A stretch of DNA of 64,000 nucleotides from Klebsormidium nitens (GCA_000708835.1 DF237172.1:71862-135861); one strand, 5' to 3'; numbered from the stretch's first letter, positions 50,156-64,000 are shown. The notes: a model not told the origin generated them from the sequence alone. Program-made: numbers and translations.

Positions 50156-53100
50156 CTACTCGGCCATCTCATCCCCCTCCTCTCCGCTCCCCTCTTCCCC
50201 TTCGCTTTCTTCTTCCCCCTCGCTTCCCTCCTCCTCAGCGCTCTCTTCCTCCGCATCTACTTCTTCCGCCTTGGCTCCGTTTCTAACACCGTTTGTAGCC
50301 GCCGGCCGGTAGTCCGTTTCGAAGTCGTAGTCGCTTCCGTCGTCCTCTGGCAGCTTCTCCGCCTTCTTTTTCTGTTTCCGGGCGGCCCGGGCAGCGTGCG
50401 GGTTGTAAATGCCCTCCGCATCGTAGAGGATTTGCGTCTGCGAAACATTGAAGAAAGGGAACGGTCAGTGGGCAGTCAAGCTGACAGCGACGAGAACCGG
50501 TCGTAAACAACCAGAAGACAGTCCAGGCTGTCGGACAAAGTAAAGATCCCTCCGATGTTGCAAGCAAATTAAGGGTGTCGACAGCTGTCAAAATGATCGT
50601 GGCAGTTGGCAAAACTCAGATTGAAGGGATCCACATCGTCAGGCAAGGCAGCAGCTGTGGCTTCAGATAGCTCGTCGTCAATGTGCCCTACTCTGCCTGT
50701 GACTGGCATCCGTTGAGTTGTTCGTTTTGCGAAATGTTTTCCGAGCCTTTAAGTAGCAGCTCGACTCAAGGAAATTCCTTCAGAAAGTCATGCCGCCATC
50801 TATTACCGGCAGGATCGACCCACTCCGCTGGTCCGCCTACTTGATTCCATAGCGAATCTCCGGTTTAGTGCTGCCGCTCATTACGGACGGAATCAGAGCA
50901 CGGGCTGAAGTCAGCAGGGCGTCTCTAAGTCAACAGGGGAGCCGCTTGGTCTAGCCCAAAATGGCAGACCGTCGGCCAGTCCAAATCTCCTTCGGCGGAC
51001 ATGCTGAAAAAGCAAGCGGGCTCATGAGAACTGCTCTGCTGACGTCACTTGCGCTGCTGACGTGGCACGTCCCTCACCTGGTTCAGGTACGCGGTCCCCC
51101 GGTGCTCGTGCTCGAACGTGCTCCCCTTGGCGACCCGTTCCTCGTCGTCCATATCGCTCGTGGTCGCCTGCTCCTCCTCTTCTTCCTCCTCTCCCTCGCT
51201 TTCTGGCAGCCCCTCCGCGCCCTCCATTTGGGGGGGTCGTCCGGCGGGCTGCAGGGAGGGAGGATATACAAAATGAGACAGTTGGACTATAAGAAAAGAA
51301 GTAACGAGTGTACATCACGTTGTGGGCTTGGCCACTATTCCTTCTTCCCCCTCGCCGTCGCTTTTCGGAAGCCCTTCCGGGCCCTCCATTTGGGGGGTTG
51401 GTCCGGCGGGCTGCAAAAACGGGGGATGAGTTTACTGAATTGAAAACTGAGACAAATGCATAGGGGAGATTAAGAGTCAGAATTGTTCCTCGTCGCCTCT
51501 CCTCCTCTTCCTCCTCTCCCTCGCCGTCGCTCTCTGGCAGCCCCTCCATGCCCTCCATTTGTGGAGGCCGTCCGCAGGCTGCAGGAGGGGGGCCACCCGT
51601 CTCAAGCCAATCCGCCTCAAAGCTCTGAACTCTTATCATCCAAGAATGCACTCAACGTTTCAGACAGCCAATGGCCTTGACCGGATTTGCAGCATTGCAT
51701 AATTACAGCAAGGGCAGCCCCGCACGTCCTGTAGGCAAGCAACGCTTTTCGAGTCGAAGCCTGCAGCAAAACGCGAAATCAGCATAAGAATCCTAAGAAC
51801 TTAAAAAAGGCAACGACTTAAACCCTCACCAGCTTTGCATAGTTGCCCTCTTGCAGCGACTGCCCTCCCCGCAGTCTCTGAACCCACTTCGTTCATGAAC
51901 AACGCCTTAACGTCGATGCCTCCAGAAAACCGGAACCTAATATATAAACCCTGAGAGCTTGAATAGCTTTAAAGGAAACACTCACCAGCTTTGCTTACTC
52001 TCCCTCATGCAGCAAAGGCAGCCCCGCAATCATCGTACTCGTCTAATTTGCAAACACCGCCTCCACATTTTCACCAAAAGCGGAACCCCTAAGACAAACT
52101 TAGAACTTATTAGCCATAAACTCAAACACTCGCCAGCTTCGCAAATTCTCCTTTCCGCAGCGAGGGCAGCCCCGGAATCACCGTCCTCGTCTCTTTTGCA
52201 GACACCGCCTCAACGTCAATGCCTCCAACATAACCGGAACCTGTCAGACAAACCCTACAAATTTCAATAGCCATAAAGGGAAATCTCACCAGCTTTGCAT
52301 ACTCTCCCTCTTGCAGCGATGGCAGCCCCGCAATCACTGTACTCGTCTCGTTTGCAAACACCGCCTCCACGTCGAACTCCTTGCCCCACCCGGCCACCAC
52401 TGCCGCGTCCGCCACGTCAGCAGCAGCGCGCTTGGGGGGCGACGTGTAGTAGGGAATCGCCCCCCCGTTCCAGTCGTGCAGGACGACGCGTGCCGTTCCA
52501 GTGATGTCAGGAACGCCACCCTGCGGATCCGAGGATTGTCGAGCTTTAAATACTTGGCTTTTTTCTTCAGTGACGAAATACTTAGCCCTTTCAATATATA
52601 CAGGCGTGTGAACGAACTCTGCTGGCACATGTAAAAATGCTGCAAAAAAGAGTACGGCGCCCCGAACAGGATGCGCTTAAAAGAGCTTCTCTGAGTACAA
52701 CCGCTGATGTTAAAATCCGCCGCCCGAGGAGGGACTCAATAAGTAATAGAATAATCAAAGCACTGGGAGGGTTTGAACACCTAAACGAAAAGGCAGAATA
52801 ATAGTTGGCGGCAGAGCAAACCGGAAGAAAGCTCTATTAACGCAACGCTCCTTGGTGCGTGTTGAAAGCCACACCCATTGACTAGGAAACGGCTTTGATC
52901 GGGACAAGTTGGAAGAGCCAAGCAGGATACCGATAACCAAATTGAAAACCAAGAGGGCCCTGTCAAAAAAGTCCTTGGTGCAAGCCCGCAGGTAACAGAC
53001 ATTGACAATCATAAATGCAATCCAACCCGTCGTCTTCTTTTGGCCCTTCTTTAAAAAGGATCGAAAGTGCGCTTCTTCGTCGCGCAGGCATGCGAAGCTT

Positions 53101-56100
53101 GCTGAAGCGGTAACTCAGAACCGACTGCAGGTCCACCTTTTTTAGCTTCCCCCGGGAAGCAGCGACTGCGCGCAGGAACTCATCGACGTCCTTGAACTTG
53201 GCAATCTTGTAGATGGACATCAGCTGCTCAGGGGGGCACAGCCGCAGAATCTCCGAGACTGCACAAGACGGGTAAATTGCGAGAAGTGAGAATGTGCAGC
53301 GCAACGAGAGGTTCGAGGTCCGCAAGGATGTCAAGCAACTAGAAGAGCGACAGACAAGCCCCTGATAAGATATGTGGTGACTAGGATGAAAAATGTGAGC
53401 GGGAGGTACGACAAATCCACATCGCAAAGCAACTCAGCAGAAAACGCTGGGAAGGACTGGCGGACGATATCCAAATCTGCAACAAAGCGGATCGAGACAA
53501 AGACGAAGCAGATACGGAAGACTAAGGTGGAAGGATTAAAAGGCGGAATAGCGGCGATAATTAGCATACCTGGCAAGATGGGGTCTTCCAGCTTCTCCAC
53601 TTTGACGGCGTTCCGCAGCGCGGCCGCGGCCTCGTTCCCGACCGCAGAACTAAACACAATCCCCGGACAGTCGAGCAGCTTGACGTTCTTGTCCAGCTGG
53701 ATCTCCTGCATCGACCGCGTGACGCCAGGTGTCGCGCCGACATTGGCCACCTTGGAGCGCTTCAGACTGTTGATCAGGCTGCTCTTGCCGACGTTGGGGA
53801 AGCCGACGACGCCGACCGTGATGGACGTTTTCAACTGGGGGAGAGTATACGAGGTCAGACGAAAGGGTCCAGCAACTTCGATGGAACTAGAGGATCGAGT
53901 CAGACAAGCAGGTCGAAAATGGTGAGAGCGGGCCGAGGAGTGTGGTGAACCTCCACTGTGTTTCTTCGACTTGGTAATTATTAGTTGCGAGGGCACTGGA
54001 GGGCCCATACCAGCGTCCAAATCCCGTCAATTGAATCTACTCGTGAATCCTTTAAAGGGTGTCCCGACGTCTAGCAGCTTCAAGAACGTGACGCCCACGT
54101 CTTCCCTCTCGGCATCCAGGATGAAAGCGTTGGCGCAGACAAGCTGTTTCTGGGACTCTTGTCAATGCGAACACGTCGAAGGGGCTGGTGCTTCAATAAG
54201 GCCAAAGCCCCACACTCCGTCAACCCCCGTAAACTCCATCGAACGTCCGTGCAGACTTCAAGGTCATCCAGCCCAATGCTGAATGCCCAGCTCTATTTGC
54301 TTTCACTTGCACTAGACTAAGCCCCATTTCTGCTTGGACGGATTTCTCAGATTTATACGAAAGCAGTTCTTTCCTACTCTTGGACACCCCCTCTTAACAC
54401 CATCGACCGAGGACGTCTCATTACTGTGACTACGCTTTCTTGTTCCAGTGAGCTCCTTTGTGCCCCTCACGAATGCTTTTGAACACCTCTCAGATCAACC
54501 TGGTTCGTTTTGAACGCGCGCGAGCAAAGTCGTCGAAGAGCACTGGCTGTCAAGGAACAAGTCCGCTCATGAGCCAAGTCGTCAAAGGTCGCTCACGTTC
54601 TGGTTCCTCGAATAGTTCTTCAGCAGCTGCAGCAGCGTATCGGCTCCCAAGCTCTCACTCCCTTGCAAAGCGCCCGCCCCCGAAGTCGCTGAGGGGAGCG
54701 ACTTCTGGCCCAGGTTGCCCTTCTGTAACTGCGTTGACGCTTTGAAGGCGACGGTGGGCAGCTCCTCTCGAAGGTACTTGAGCCATTGCTCCGCCACCTC
54801 CCGAGGAACAAGATCTGAAATCACCAATTTAAGGATTTAGGACTTGAGCTTTCAAAATTGACAAATCCGACCATTCGAAAGCCGTCACAAGAATCTCAAT
54901 ACTTCGGACTGGTGGGGCTTGCCGTTCTTGAACGGGAGACTGCACAATTGATACCACCGGCGGTGCGGACACAGAAACAACCTTCTCCTGCCTTCTTTAT
55001 GACCCCTGGCCAACAGCAGCAAACCCGTTTAATAGAAAGAGGTCAGCTTCCCTGAGGCCAATCTCCTGCATGATGTTCTCAACACTACCCCGACATATGC
55101 GGCGCCAAAAGAAGGAGTCCCTGAGCTCTGAGTTTGTAGCCAGTAGCAGGGCTCTTCAAGGTCTCAGAGACAGGAACTCTCGTCAATCGTAGCTCCACTC
55201 TCACCCAAACTGGAAAAGAACCGGCCTTCTTCGAGAAACTTTATGAGCCGGACAGCAAAAGACACCAGAAAAGATTTCAGAATTCTCCCTTACAAGAAAC
55301 AGATCGAGCAGGCTTGCTCAGACTGTAGTACTCCTTCCGTGATGGGCCCCTCGATAAAGTCCCCTTCAGCAAAGCATACCTGGCAATATTCCTAAAGCTT
55401 CCCCAATTGCTTCTTCCTTGAGCATCAGGCCATGCGCTTAAACCTCCGATTCCTGGGGCCGACCTGTCCTATCGTAACCATGTAAGATTTGTCGACATTT
55501 CAGCACCCCAATGAAATTGTGGGTATGACCGAGTAGCAGGAACAGGAGCTCCAGCTCTTTGAGAGAACTTTGTTTAAAAACTCAGGTATTTAGTCAACCT
55601 CCGACCCCCTGCTTACCTATCTTATTCAGCAGCAGAACCATGCGCTTGAGGCCCCCGCTCTTAAGCACAAGCCGCTCCACCTCTTTGCAGCGGCTCCCGA
55701 GGGGATCCCTCGCGTCCAGCACCTGGATGATGACGTCAGCGGCCTCCACCACCTTGAGGAACTCCTTGTAGTACGCGCGCCGAGAGCCGTCTGCAAGCAA
55801 CAATGCCGCTTATTATCAGCTTGGGAAGTTAAGTTCCAAGTTTTGCCTAGAATGCGGCAATCTGATGGGCGCCGGAATTCGATAGAGTTGGGAGGGTCCG
55901 TATGATTTTAAGAGGACGCTGCGACAGGGGGGTACTACGTGTGCCTAACAAAGACGTGGCCAGAGAATTTTACAATAGACAGTCACGCCAGGGCTGCCCG
56001 CTAACAATCTTCACATTAACCCAAGCTGCCAAGGAATCAGCAACAGCTACACACTATCAAAAGTGGAGTACTGAGACGCGCGTCCTTCCGTCTTAGAAAG

Positions 56101-57424
56101 AGTGCAATACGGCCCTCGTGCTCTTCTGACTAACCTGCCACCGGAGGCCGCACGTTCCTGGCAGCACCACTTCTGACACAAAAGCCTGGCACCAAACCAA
56201 AAGCGGGCACAAAAGAATCATGCAAGGGCTTGATCGATTCGACTGTCAACTTACCGTTGAGACCACCTCCCTCGAGCTTTGCCTTCTTCTTGCGCTGCCT
56301 CTCAAAGTCCTGCTCCCTGGCCTCCGCCTGCTGGGCCAGCGCCGCGAGTCCCTCATCCTCTCCGTCGGCGTCATCGACGTCCATTGTGCTGGCCTTTCTC
56401 TTTGCCGCCTGGACGCCCAAAAGTAGCAAGTCACTGAGGTGATTTGTTACCATCATCATCATTGGATGTGATTAATGTCAAACAAGATTTTGAAACGAAC
56501 AGCAGATATCGCCAGTGGCCATGCCCAAGATACCGGCGAGAGCCGCACCTATTCATCCTTGATCTGTTGCAGGAAGAGAAACTTAAGTGAGCCCCAACTG
56601 AAACCCTAATTTTAAGAGGGCTGCCTTCAAGAGCACTAAAGAGATGGAAGCCTGACTCTCAAACTGTTGCGATGGTGGTGGTGTTTGTTCATACATTCAG
56701 AAAGGACTTTTTGAATTTTCTCTATCCTTCAGTACTCCAATCTGATGTGGTGGTGGGTCATACAATTTTTTCAAGACGAGTATAAACAAGCCAGAAGATG
56801 CAAGGAGGATACTACGGGAACCTTGAGATAGAGCGCCGGTTAGATTCATCAGAAAGGTGGAACGAAGCCCCCCAACAGACACATTGGCACTTTGGGCCAG
56901 ATTGCAGCTGTATGCTTCATTTGATGCCTCAATTAACTATGCTGCTGCAAATTTACCTTTCACCACCAAGGCGGAGCCGAAATCAAAGCCAAAAGCGAAG
57001 CCAACAAGACAATCAAATGTCAGCAAGAGCAATTCGCCCCAGCAATGCGGTAACGGCCCAAGCATTCCTCATCTTGCCTCAGGATCATTACCAACCTACA
57101 ATGCAGGCTGCACCACCCCCATCAAAGCCTCAGAAAGTACATCCCCATATAAAAACTTACCCTTGCCTCCTTCTTCTCCTGCTTCTTCCTCTCAATCTCC
57201 TCCAGAGTGCGCGCCCTCTTCGCCTCCAGTGCCGCTAGCTCTTGTTCTCTGAACGGCCATTGCGCAGGAATTCCAGGATCCTTGAGCACTTTTTGCTTGC
57301 CCCTCTCCTGAATCTTGGCCTCCTTGGCCTTCTTCTTGTGGTGGTCCTTCACTTTCTTCAGGATCTTGTACTTCTTGCGCAGCGGGAGCCGCTTGCTCTT
57401 GCTTTTGGAGCTGCGCTTCGGCAT
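50156..57424 (-). CDS. GNL3: Nucleostemin/GNL3-like circularly permuted ribosome-biogenesis GTPase (Nug1/NSN1 family), about 626 aa, 9 exons
   Basis: Exons 57424-57161, 56408-56255, 55790-55617, 54814-54597, 53834-53570, 53258-53137, 52520-52290, 51248-51078, 50437-50156; phases consistent. Basic N-terminus [23 protein letters not shown]; [52 protein letters not shown] (G4 precedes G1 and G3); [23 protein letters not shown]; acidic tail. Confidence 0.95.
51300..52230 (-). repeat. Five decaying junction copies in GNL3 intron 7
   Basis: Donor-side copies with junctions at 52134, 51986 and 51830 (true 52290; periods 156, 148, 156). Acceptor-side copies with junctions at 51410 and 51578 (true 51248; periods 162, 168). 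Confidence 0.93.
56601..56609 (+). promoter_or_regulatory. Telo-box (AAACCCTAA) in GNL3 intron 1; a related CTAACCCTAAA lies at 57771-57781 in the GNL3/MEX1 divergent promoter
   Basis: Exact motif match. Telo-boxes are established features of plant ribosome-biogenesis genes, but similar motifs occur elsewhere in the window (about 9480-9510), so specificity is weak. Confidence 0.35.
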
Positions 57425-58063
57425 GGTGGCTGCCGGTCAGCTGGCAACAGCGGCACGCCCGTGCACTCAAGAGGAAGGGCCTTGACAAACTTTGCACCAG
57501 CCTGCAACTTCAAAGCTCTCAGCTTAGCCTTCGGACTTCAACTGACGAATTTGAATGGACGAGCTGATTGAAGACAATCAGCAAAGAAGGTGTTCAGCAC
57601 CGTGCTGCTCATCTTCCCCTCCGCCTCGTGTGGGATGTTCGCCGTTGGATCGAACGGACGGCTCATGAAGGACAAGACAAAGCCTTTCATAGAGCAGACT
57701 GTGCCGTCCGATGACCAACAATGCAGACGATGATTTTCGGCGCTCAACGTGTCCGTTGCACTGGAAACTCCTAACCCTAAAATACGTCCCTTTACTTTTC
57801 TTGCGTGCCTAGCTCCTGCCTGCATTTCTTCAAGTTCTGGCGCTGCTCCCTAGCCAGGGAATCCTCGCATATGGCCTGAGCACTGCTCCATTGTCTTCCC
57901 TGAGGCTTCTATTCTGCGCTGATCAAGCCGATCCATTGTTGATTAGTTTACTTCCAGCAAGATTTCAAGTTGCTGGAACCAGAGGGTCTGGCCAGTACGG
58001 GCCTCAAAGAGCTTTCTTGATCCTTTCTTACTCTCAGGCGATCTGCTGCCGGGCCAGGCAGGC

Positions 58064-61000
58064 ATGGCTGCATCTCTGGCGACTCGAGGCAGAGCAGTTG
58101 CTGCCTCAGCTCCCTATGAATTGGCGCTGTCCGAGAGGACACTCTGCAGCACTCCTGCTTTGTTTAATCTGGGCCATCGCACGCACACCTTCAGAAGGAG
58201 CAAGGGCATTCCATGCGGCGATCAGGGAAGAATAAGGCCACAGAGGCATGTTCCGCGCCTAGCTGAAACAAAGTTCACTGGCCGGAGATTGTCTGCGGCG
58301 ATCAGCAATGATGAAGCTAGCCACAAGCAGCGGTTTGTAGCAATCAGAGCGGATGGTGGCGAGTCTGCCACAGCAGGAGCTGAGAAGTCCAAGTCTGCGA
58401 AATGGGACGGGCTTACAACACAACTTGCCGCATCCTCGACTGCCGCGTTCCTGGTGAGGCTCTGATTCAACTTTTTTTTGAGGTGCATTCTTGCGGACTA
58501 TGTATATTCTGCTGTAAATCCACCTCTTTGCATCGAAAGCAGGTTCTTATGTTCCCCCTGTCGAGAAAAGCGTTCAAAGTCCTCAATCTTCAGCAAACCT
58601 TGGAGTCGACAAATCTTCCAACAATCCCCCCGATATCTTCAGTACTGAATTGCAATCTTGTTCTGTTGTTTGCAGGTACTGATGCTTCCGCAGATCTTGA
58701 AAAACCTGACCAACCTGCGCCAGGGCAACTTGGCACCCATTGGTGTCCTTCCATGGATGGTGAGCATGATGAAAGATAGACAGTATAGGATGGCAGGATT
58801 TTCCTGAATCGAGGTTTCCGGCACCTGGGGGTAGTTGTTTTCCCCGAGTGCAGCTAACTTTGACGCACAATCCAAGAACATAAGAGAATAATCTTTTCAT
58901 ACTTGTCTTACAACTAGAGTCCACACAATGTATTCGTCAAAAGCTTCCAAGTCAAGAATGATAAGCTCTAGTCTGGGACACTAACAACCTAGCGATAGGA
59001 AACAAAGTGCTCCCCTAACCCGGTTTAACCCCTTTAAGTAACCCCACCTGTCCCAGGATGGTGACCTCAGAAGATCTGCTGAGGCTTATTGCTCTTTCAA
59101 CTTTTCTAGGGGTACTCGACGGGTCTGCTGGGCAACACTCTGCTCCTCTCCTACTTTGCTGCCAAGAAGGAGAGTGGGGCAACTATCGTGCAGGGCGTTG
59201 GAATGCTCAGCACCTACGTGCTTCTATCCACGGTAAGTTTTTCCTTCAAAAGCTCCGAGCTTTGCTCATTTTCGTGGTATGCACCATGTCTGGGGGCTCG
59301 GTATTGAGGCTCTGCCTTTCAACATTGACAAACTGTTGCATGTGGTCACTTGAGTTGTCTGCTTGTCCTTCGTAAGCTCCACATGAGGCAGCTTAAGCAA
59401 ACTCCAACATATGACGCTATTTCACTGAGTCAGCTGTGATGTCAGCATTCAATATTGGATCAGACCCTCAGGATTGGCCCCGTTCTTCGTGCAGATCTTC
59501 TTTGGAGGTTTCATGCCCAGCATTGCATACATGGTCGTCTCTGGCGTTGTGGTCCTGGGGCTGTGCCTGAACCTCCTCAACTTTGGCGGCCTTCTCCCAG
59601 CTGCCATCTTCAACGTTTGGCAGGACATTGCTGGCATTGTCGGTTTGTCGGTTTTGCCCCAGGTGAGAAGTCGTCGGGAGAATCTAGTCTATTCAAACAA
59701 GATCCTCCCTTTGCGCTCTTGAATCACACTCAGGCTTAACCAGAGCAATTGAGTGCTTTTGCCAAAGCATGGGAAACCATGGCCACTGGCAGAGTCTAAT
59801 GAACTTGTGGACTTGAAGGCATCACAGCTAAAGTAGCGATCGGACTACAAGTGCCTATGGTCTTTGAAAACCATTCGAAATAGATGTAGGAAAACGGAGC
59901 TGCAAAATGTTGTGCTGTATCGAAGTCATTCTGAAACCTTCCACCCATGTCTCAACCTCTATGTATAAACGAGTCACTCAGTCCTGGCAGGGGCAACGGC
60001 TTTTCAGTCGCGCATCCTCTTGCTAAGTCTCATCTTGATCTCTCCAGGTCGTATACTCCACCTTTGCTCCAACGCCCAGCGTCCTCCCAGGATCCCTGGC
60101 AGCCGCTGCCGGCGTTCTCTTCATCATCCTGGTGAGACTTTTCACAACTAGGTTTCGTTCCAAGATAATCCCGCACCATACTCAATACCCTCCCGTTCTG
60201 GCTGCTGACCCGGCTCAAGAGTGTCAACCCTCTGCGCTAAGGAAAGATGTCTCGAACAGCGTACCTCACTGTCTGAGAAGCAAATAGTTCATCATGATCT
60301 AGGAGAATCGACCATGTTGTCAACCTGCCAACAACGCTCAGCTCTCTGGCTCTGTTCACAGCAGGCTTGTGACGTGTCTCGCTTCAATTGTCCTCAAGAA
60401 ACAGAGTCATTATTGACCCTCTTCCGAATTTAAGTCTCGTCTAAGAGAAGGAAATCGATGGATGGCGAGCCTGAGGTCTGACTTTCTCCTCTGCAGCTCC
60501 GCCTAGGGAAGTTGCCCGAGAGCGCTCGCGGCTTCTGGACGCAGCTATCCGCTTGGACTGCCACTCTCCTCTTCATGTTCATGCCCGTCTCGCAGCTGGT
60601 GAGTGCGGGTTGCTCCATATTTCCCCCGAGGAAGAGTTCTTCTTCAAGGCGCACTGGAAAGAGTTGTGTGCCCTTCCTTGCTCCATCGACGGCATGTCAA
60701 GTGAAGGTCACAGAAGGCTGCTCACAAGGCGGGTGCAGAACTCGGTGTGTTTGATGTTAGAAACCTGAAGAGGCGTCTCATTGTGCTTCTGCAAGCGTAT
60801 TGCGATCCAGGAATCGAGATTCTTGATGCACATATCGCTTTCGTAACAGCGCACGCATTCGGATTCCACACCGGGCCAAGATGGCGGTCGTACAAACCCT
60901 TGAACCGCCGAAGTATATACCTTTCTGTCGCTTCAATCCTTGCGCTTGAAGATCAACCTCGGACTCTTAAGCGATATTTGCTCTTCGACCTAAGTCGTTT

Positions 61001-62984
61001 CAGAAAGTCAAGGGCGACTGGCCAACTTTCTCCAGTTGACGGGCTCCATGAAGCAGCAAATTCGCCCGTTGTCGGTGAAGACGACACGCTCGACCCGGAC
61101 AAACACAAGACTACTCTTTTCGCAACCCAAAAACGCTTTGCAAAACCCGCCCAGTTAACGAGGTTAACCCTCGCTCCCGCAGGTCAGTAACTTCACTAAC
61201 CCCGAGTCGGTCAAGGGGCTGTCCCTCGCCACCGTGTTGCTGGGCATGGCCGGGAACGGCCTCATGATCCCCCGGGCGCTCTTCATCCGCGACCGGATCT
61301 GGTGAGTGCGATCCAACGGCTCTCGGGTGATCATTCGGCGGAGGGGAAGCTCTGATGCAGGCTGGTGATTGGGAACCGTTGCTATATTATAAGCTGCAGT
61401 CGGTGTTTCTGCGCCCTAGTCCGCCGCTCGCTGAAAGTTTACAGGTTGGTTCCTATGGCTGGCGCCAGAGCGGAGGCGGAGTGCGCCTATACGTGTGCGT
61501 CGGCCTCGAAGCGGCAGTCCTTCCGGCTCGCGCGTTGATCCCCCTTTTCGAAGACAAGTGTTTCTCTCATGTTAGGATGGCAAGCTTGTGGTCATTGCTC
61601 ACGTTGAGTTTGCACAATGATGATCATGCACACAAAAGTCCCGAACTGACGATACCTCGCTTCTGCGGATCAGGTTCACTGGTTCGACCTGGGGTTGCAT
61701 GATGCAAGGCTGGGCTTGTCTTCTCAGCATGTTCATGTAAGCTGACCCGCCCTCCAGTCCCTTTCTCCATTTCCGTTCCGTCCTCATCGAAGTTTGTTGC
61801 TTCTTTGGATGTTCTTTTCGTTGGCTCTGTTGGTTCGGCAGGATCATTCCAAACCGGAATCGACTTTTGGTTGCTTTTTTGTTTTTTGGTAGGCTGGTTC
61901 GACCATCGCATTGCGGAGCATCAAAGCTCGGCCAGGCTTCTGCTTCACTTCCCTAGCAGCCCGCAAGCTTTTGTCGAACTCACTGGATGCCAGCGGTTGT
62001 AATGTCGGTTGGAGCCCGCCAGCGGGATCGTCTTGATTCATCCCATGCTAGAGATCCGATGAGCGCCGTTCAATGGAAGTCCGTACATTCAGCGGGATCG
62101 GCAGAGACATTTCTGGTGAAGGACGCTCGGTTATTCCTCCGGCTATGCACTTCACTCCACCATTGATTGCGACAGACACATCCTGTCGGATATGGATTCA
62201 AGCCTCTCTGCGCGCTGGTGCCACGATCTTTTACGATCTTCACGCAAACGATGAACACGTCTTCTGCAGGTACGATGCGACCGACAAGCTCACTTTCTAC
62301 GGGGTGTCTGGTTTCCTGTTCACCTACTTCGGTAAGCGCACGTCCAGCTTTCCTCGCCGATCCATAATCATAAGCGAATCGTTTTCTTGTAAGCCACAGA
62401 GGCGCCCTTCTGCGTCCCCTTCTGAGGATGCGTCTCCGGGAGTCTATGCAATGTGACCGTTACCTGAAGATTCAAATGGACGCGTATTTCTGACGAGGCG
62501 AAGCCAGCAGCGTTCCAAGCGTCCCGCGAAGGAGAGTCGTCGAAGCAACGCCGTTGCTTCCCTGTCTTGCGGTCCATATGGTGCTATGGCCAACTTTACC
62601 TGTACTAATGGAGCTACTCAAGTATTTCAATTGCGTGTTGTACTTAGACTTCGTGCAATCTTTCAATCTGGTGTTCTACGTTACAAGCAAAATACCGCAC
62701 ATCAGTAAATTAAGTTGGGTTGCGGCGCTCTTTGAGCGCTCCGTCTCCACCTCTGTCACGAGAAGCAAAAACCACTCGGAGTGCTGCATGGCTGGTATGG
62801 CACCAATCTCAATCGTCAATTCAGACCGTGGTCCAGGTTCCGTGGTAAGGGGAGTCGCGCGTGCGTTGCTGACCCCTCCGCTTACCTCTCTACAGCCACT
62901 ATTCTTCTGATGGACGGTCAAGCCAACGGCCTGTCGAACCCGTTGTCTTCATTAGTGGAGGTCGTCCGGGGCCGCAAATCGTGA
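58064..62984 (+). CDS. MEX1: Maltose excess protein 1 (chloroplast envelope maltose transporter), about 427 aa, 10 exons
   Basis: Exons 58064-58453, 58676-58759, 59110-59232, 59495-59662, 60048-60131, 60497-60598, 61183-61301, 61674-61736, 62270-62331, 62896-62984; phases consistent. Ala/Ser/Arg-rich transit-like N-terminus; KWDGLT, LPQILKN, GLLGNTLLLSYFAAKKE, GLSVLPQV, SAWTATLLFMFMPVSQL, GNGLMIPRALFIRDRIWFTGS. Confidence 0.93.
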
Positions 62985-64000
62985 AGGGGCGAACGTCAAC
63001 AGTCTCTAGACAACCCGCGGTCTGCGCCTGCATCACTAGAGCAAACACCAAGGATACCGCTGGGTGCACCACGGTCGTGGTCACCCTAGGTCAAATCGAT
63101 CCAAGCGGTGAGCAGTGCGCGCTAGGCATGATGAAGCCTATAAGGAGGCTTGTGCGGTGGGGCGAGGGTTGAAGACCTGCGCTTGAGAGTTGGTTTCCAA
63201 GAGCGGAACAGCGTTTTTCTGATTTTGGCAACGGAGTCGATTGTTGCTTAGTCACTGACTTCCATGCGAGCTTGCTTCAAGATAGGTTAGACCCTGAGCA
63301 TATTTGTTCCATGACAATAGCACTCTTTACTTTAGCTAGGACTTGACAGAACTAGATTTAAAAGGTATTGCTGTATTCATTGCTCAATATTGGCAGTACT
63401 TAGAGTTGTCCAGCCAATTCAGGGATTAGGTATTCCACATAAGTACATATCTATTTGAGCACTGGCAATCAAAGGTTGCATTGGTTTTATGAACTGCAAT
63501 CTGAATTCGGAGCTCATATACCTTATCCCACTTGTTGTCATCGGGCACCAGCATACGGTAGCATGCATCAATATCTTCTACATCATGTTTCATCCAAGAC
63601 TTACGAGTGATACCAAAGTCGCTCACCACTGCTTGCCAGTACATCGTGAACGCCTGGACCTAAGTTCTGAGAAAAGAGGGGCGCTTAATTGAAGTCGTAT
63701 TTTCGAGGTAGAAGTTAGAACTTTGCTGCTCACCTGCTCTTTTGCACCTAAAAAATACCGTGAAGGCGATAGCTCAACCTTAAGGCTCTCCGCCCGGGGA
63801 TGTTCCGGGCCTGTTGACAGAAGCCTGGGTCTACCGCTTGTCGCCGGGATGATTTGATTGTGATTCCCCCACCCGCAAAAGGCGGGTCCAAGAAAGAAGC
63901 CAAGGAACCCCGGGGGGGTTTTTAACGGCTCCAGTGTAGTCTAATTTAGACATGCTTTGATGTAGAACCGTCGATAGGAAGTTTGTATTGAACTAGAAAT

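Noticed and set aside
57771-57781. CTAACCCTAA as a telomerase RNA template
   Set aside because: No supporting Pol III promoter or conserved structure seen; a telo-box in a divergent promoter is simpler.
63600-63644. VSDFGITR resembling a kinase DFG motif
   Set aside because: No HRD, APE or other kinase subdomain motifs in frame.

Overview
This is eukaryotic nuclear DNA with GC-rich exons and GT-AG introns; there are no prokaryotic features, CRISPR arrays or recognisable RNA genes. A chloroplast maltose transporter (MEX1), a plant CHR10-type CHD1L and epsilon-tubulin occur together, pointing to a flagellate-capable green plant. A streptophyte alga such as Klebsormidium is the best guess, by inference only. 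Ten genes were hand-spliced with consistent intron phases: an MAO-type amine oxidase (-, frameshift plus in-frame stop), CHD1L/ALC1 (+), a GPR107-family 7TM protein (-), a DnaJ-DUF3752 protein (+), a 95-aa secreted chitin-binding type-2 protein (-), epsilon-tubulin (-), a TLDc protein (+), a tristetraprolin-type CCCH protein (+), a nucleostemin/GNL3 GTPase (-) and MEX1 (+). The most striking unexplained structure is a set of decaying tandem copies of exon-intron junctions ('splice-junction echoes') in introns of four unrelated genes. Also notable are a possible intronization in the amine oxidase and an invertebrate/fungal-type chitin-binding gene whose second exon is bracketed by a dispersed repeat. 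All coordinates and counts were read by hand, with no database searches.
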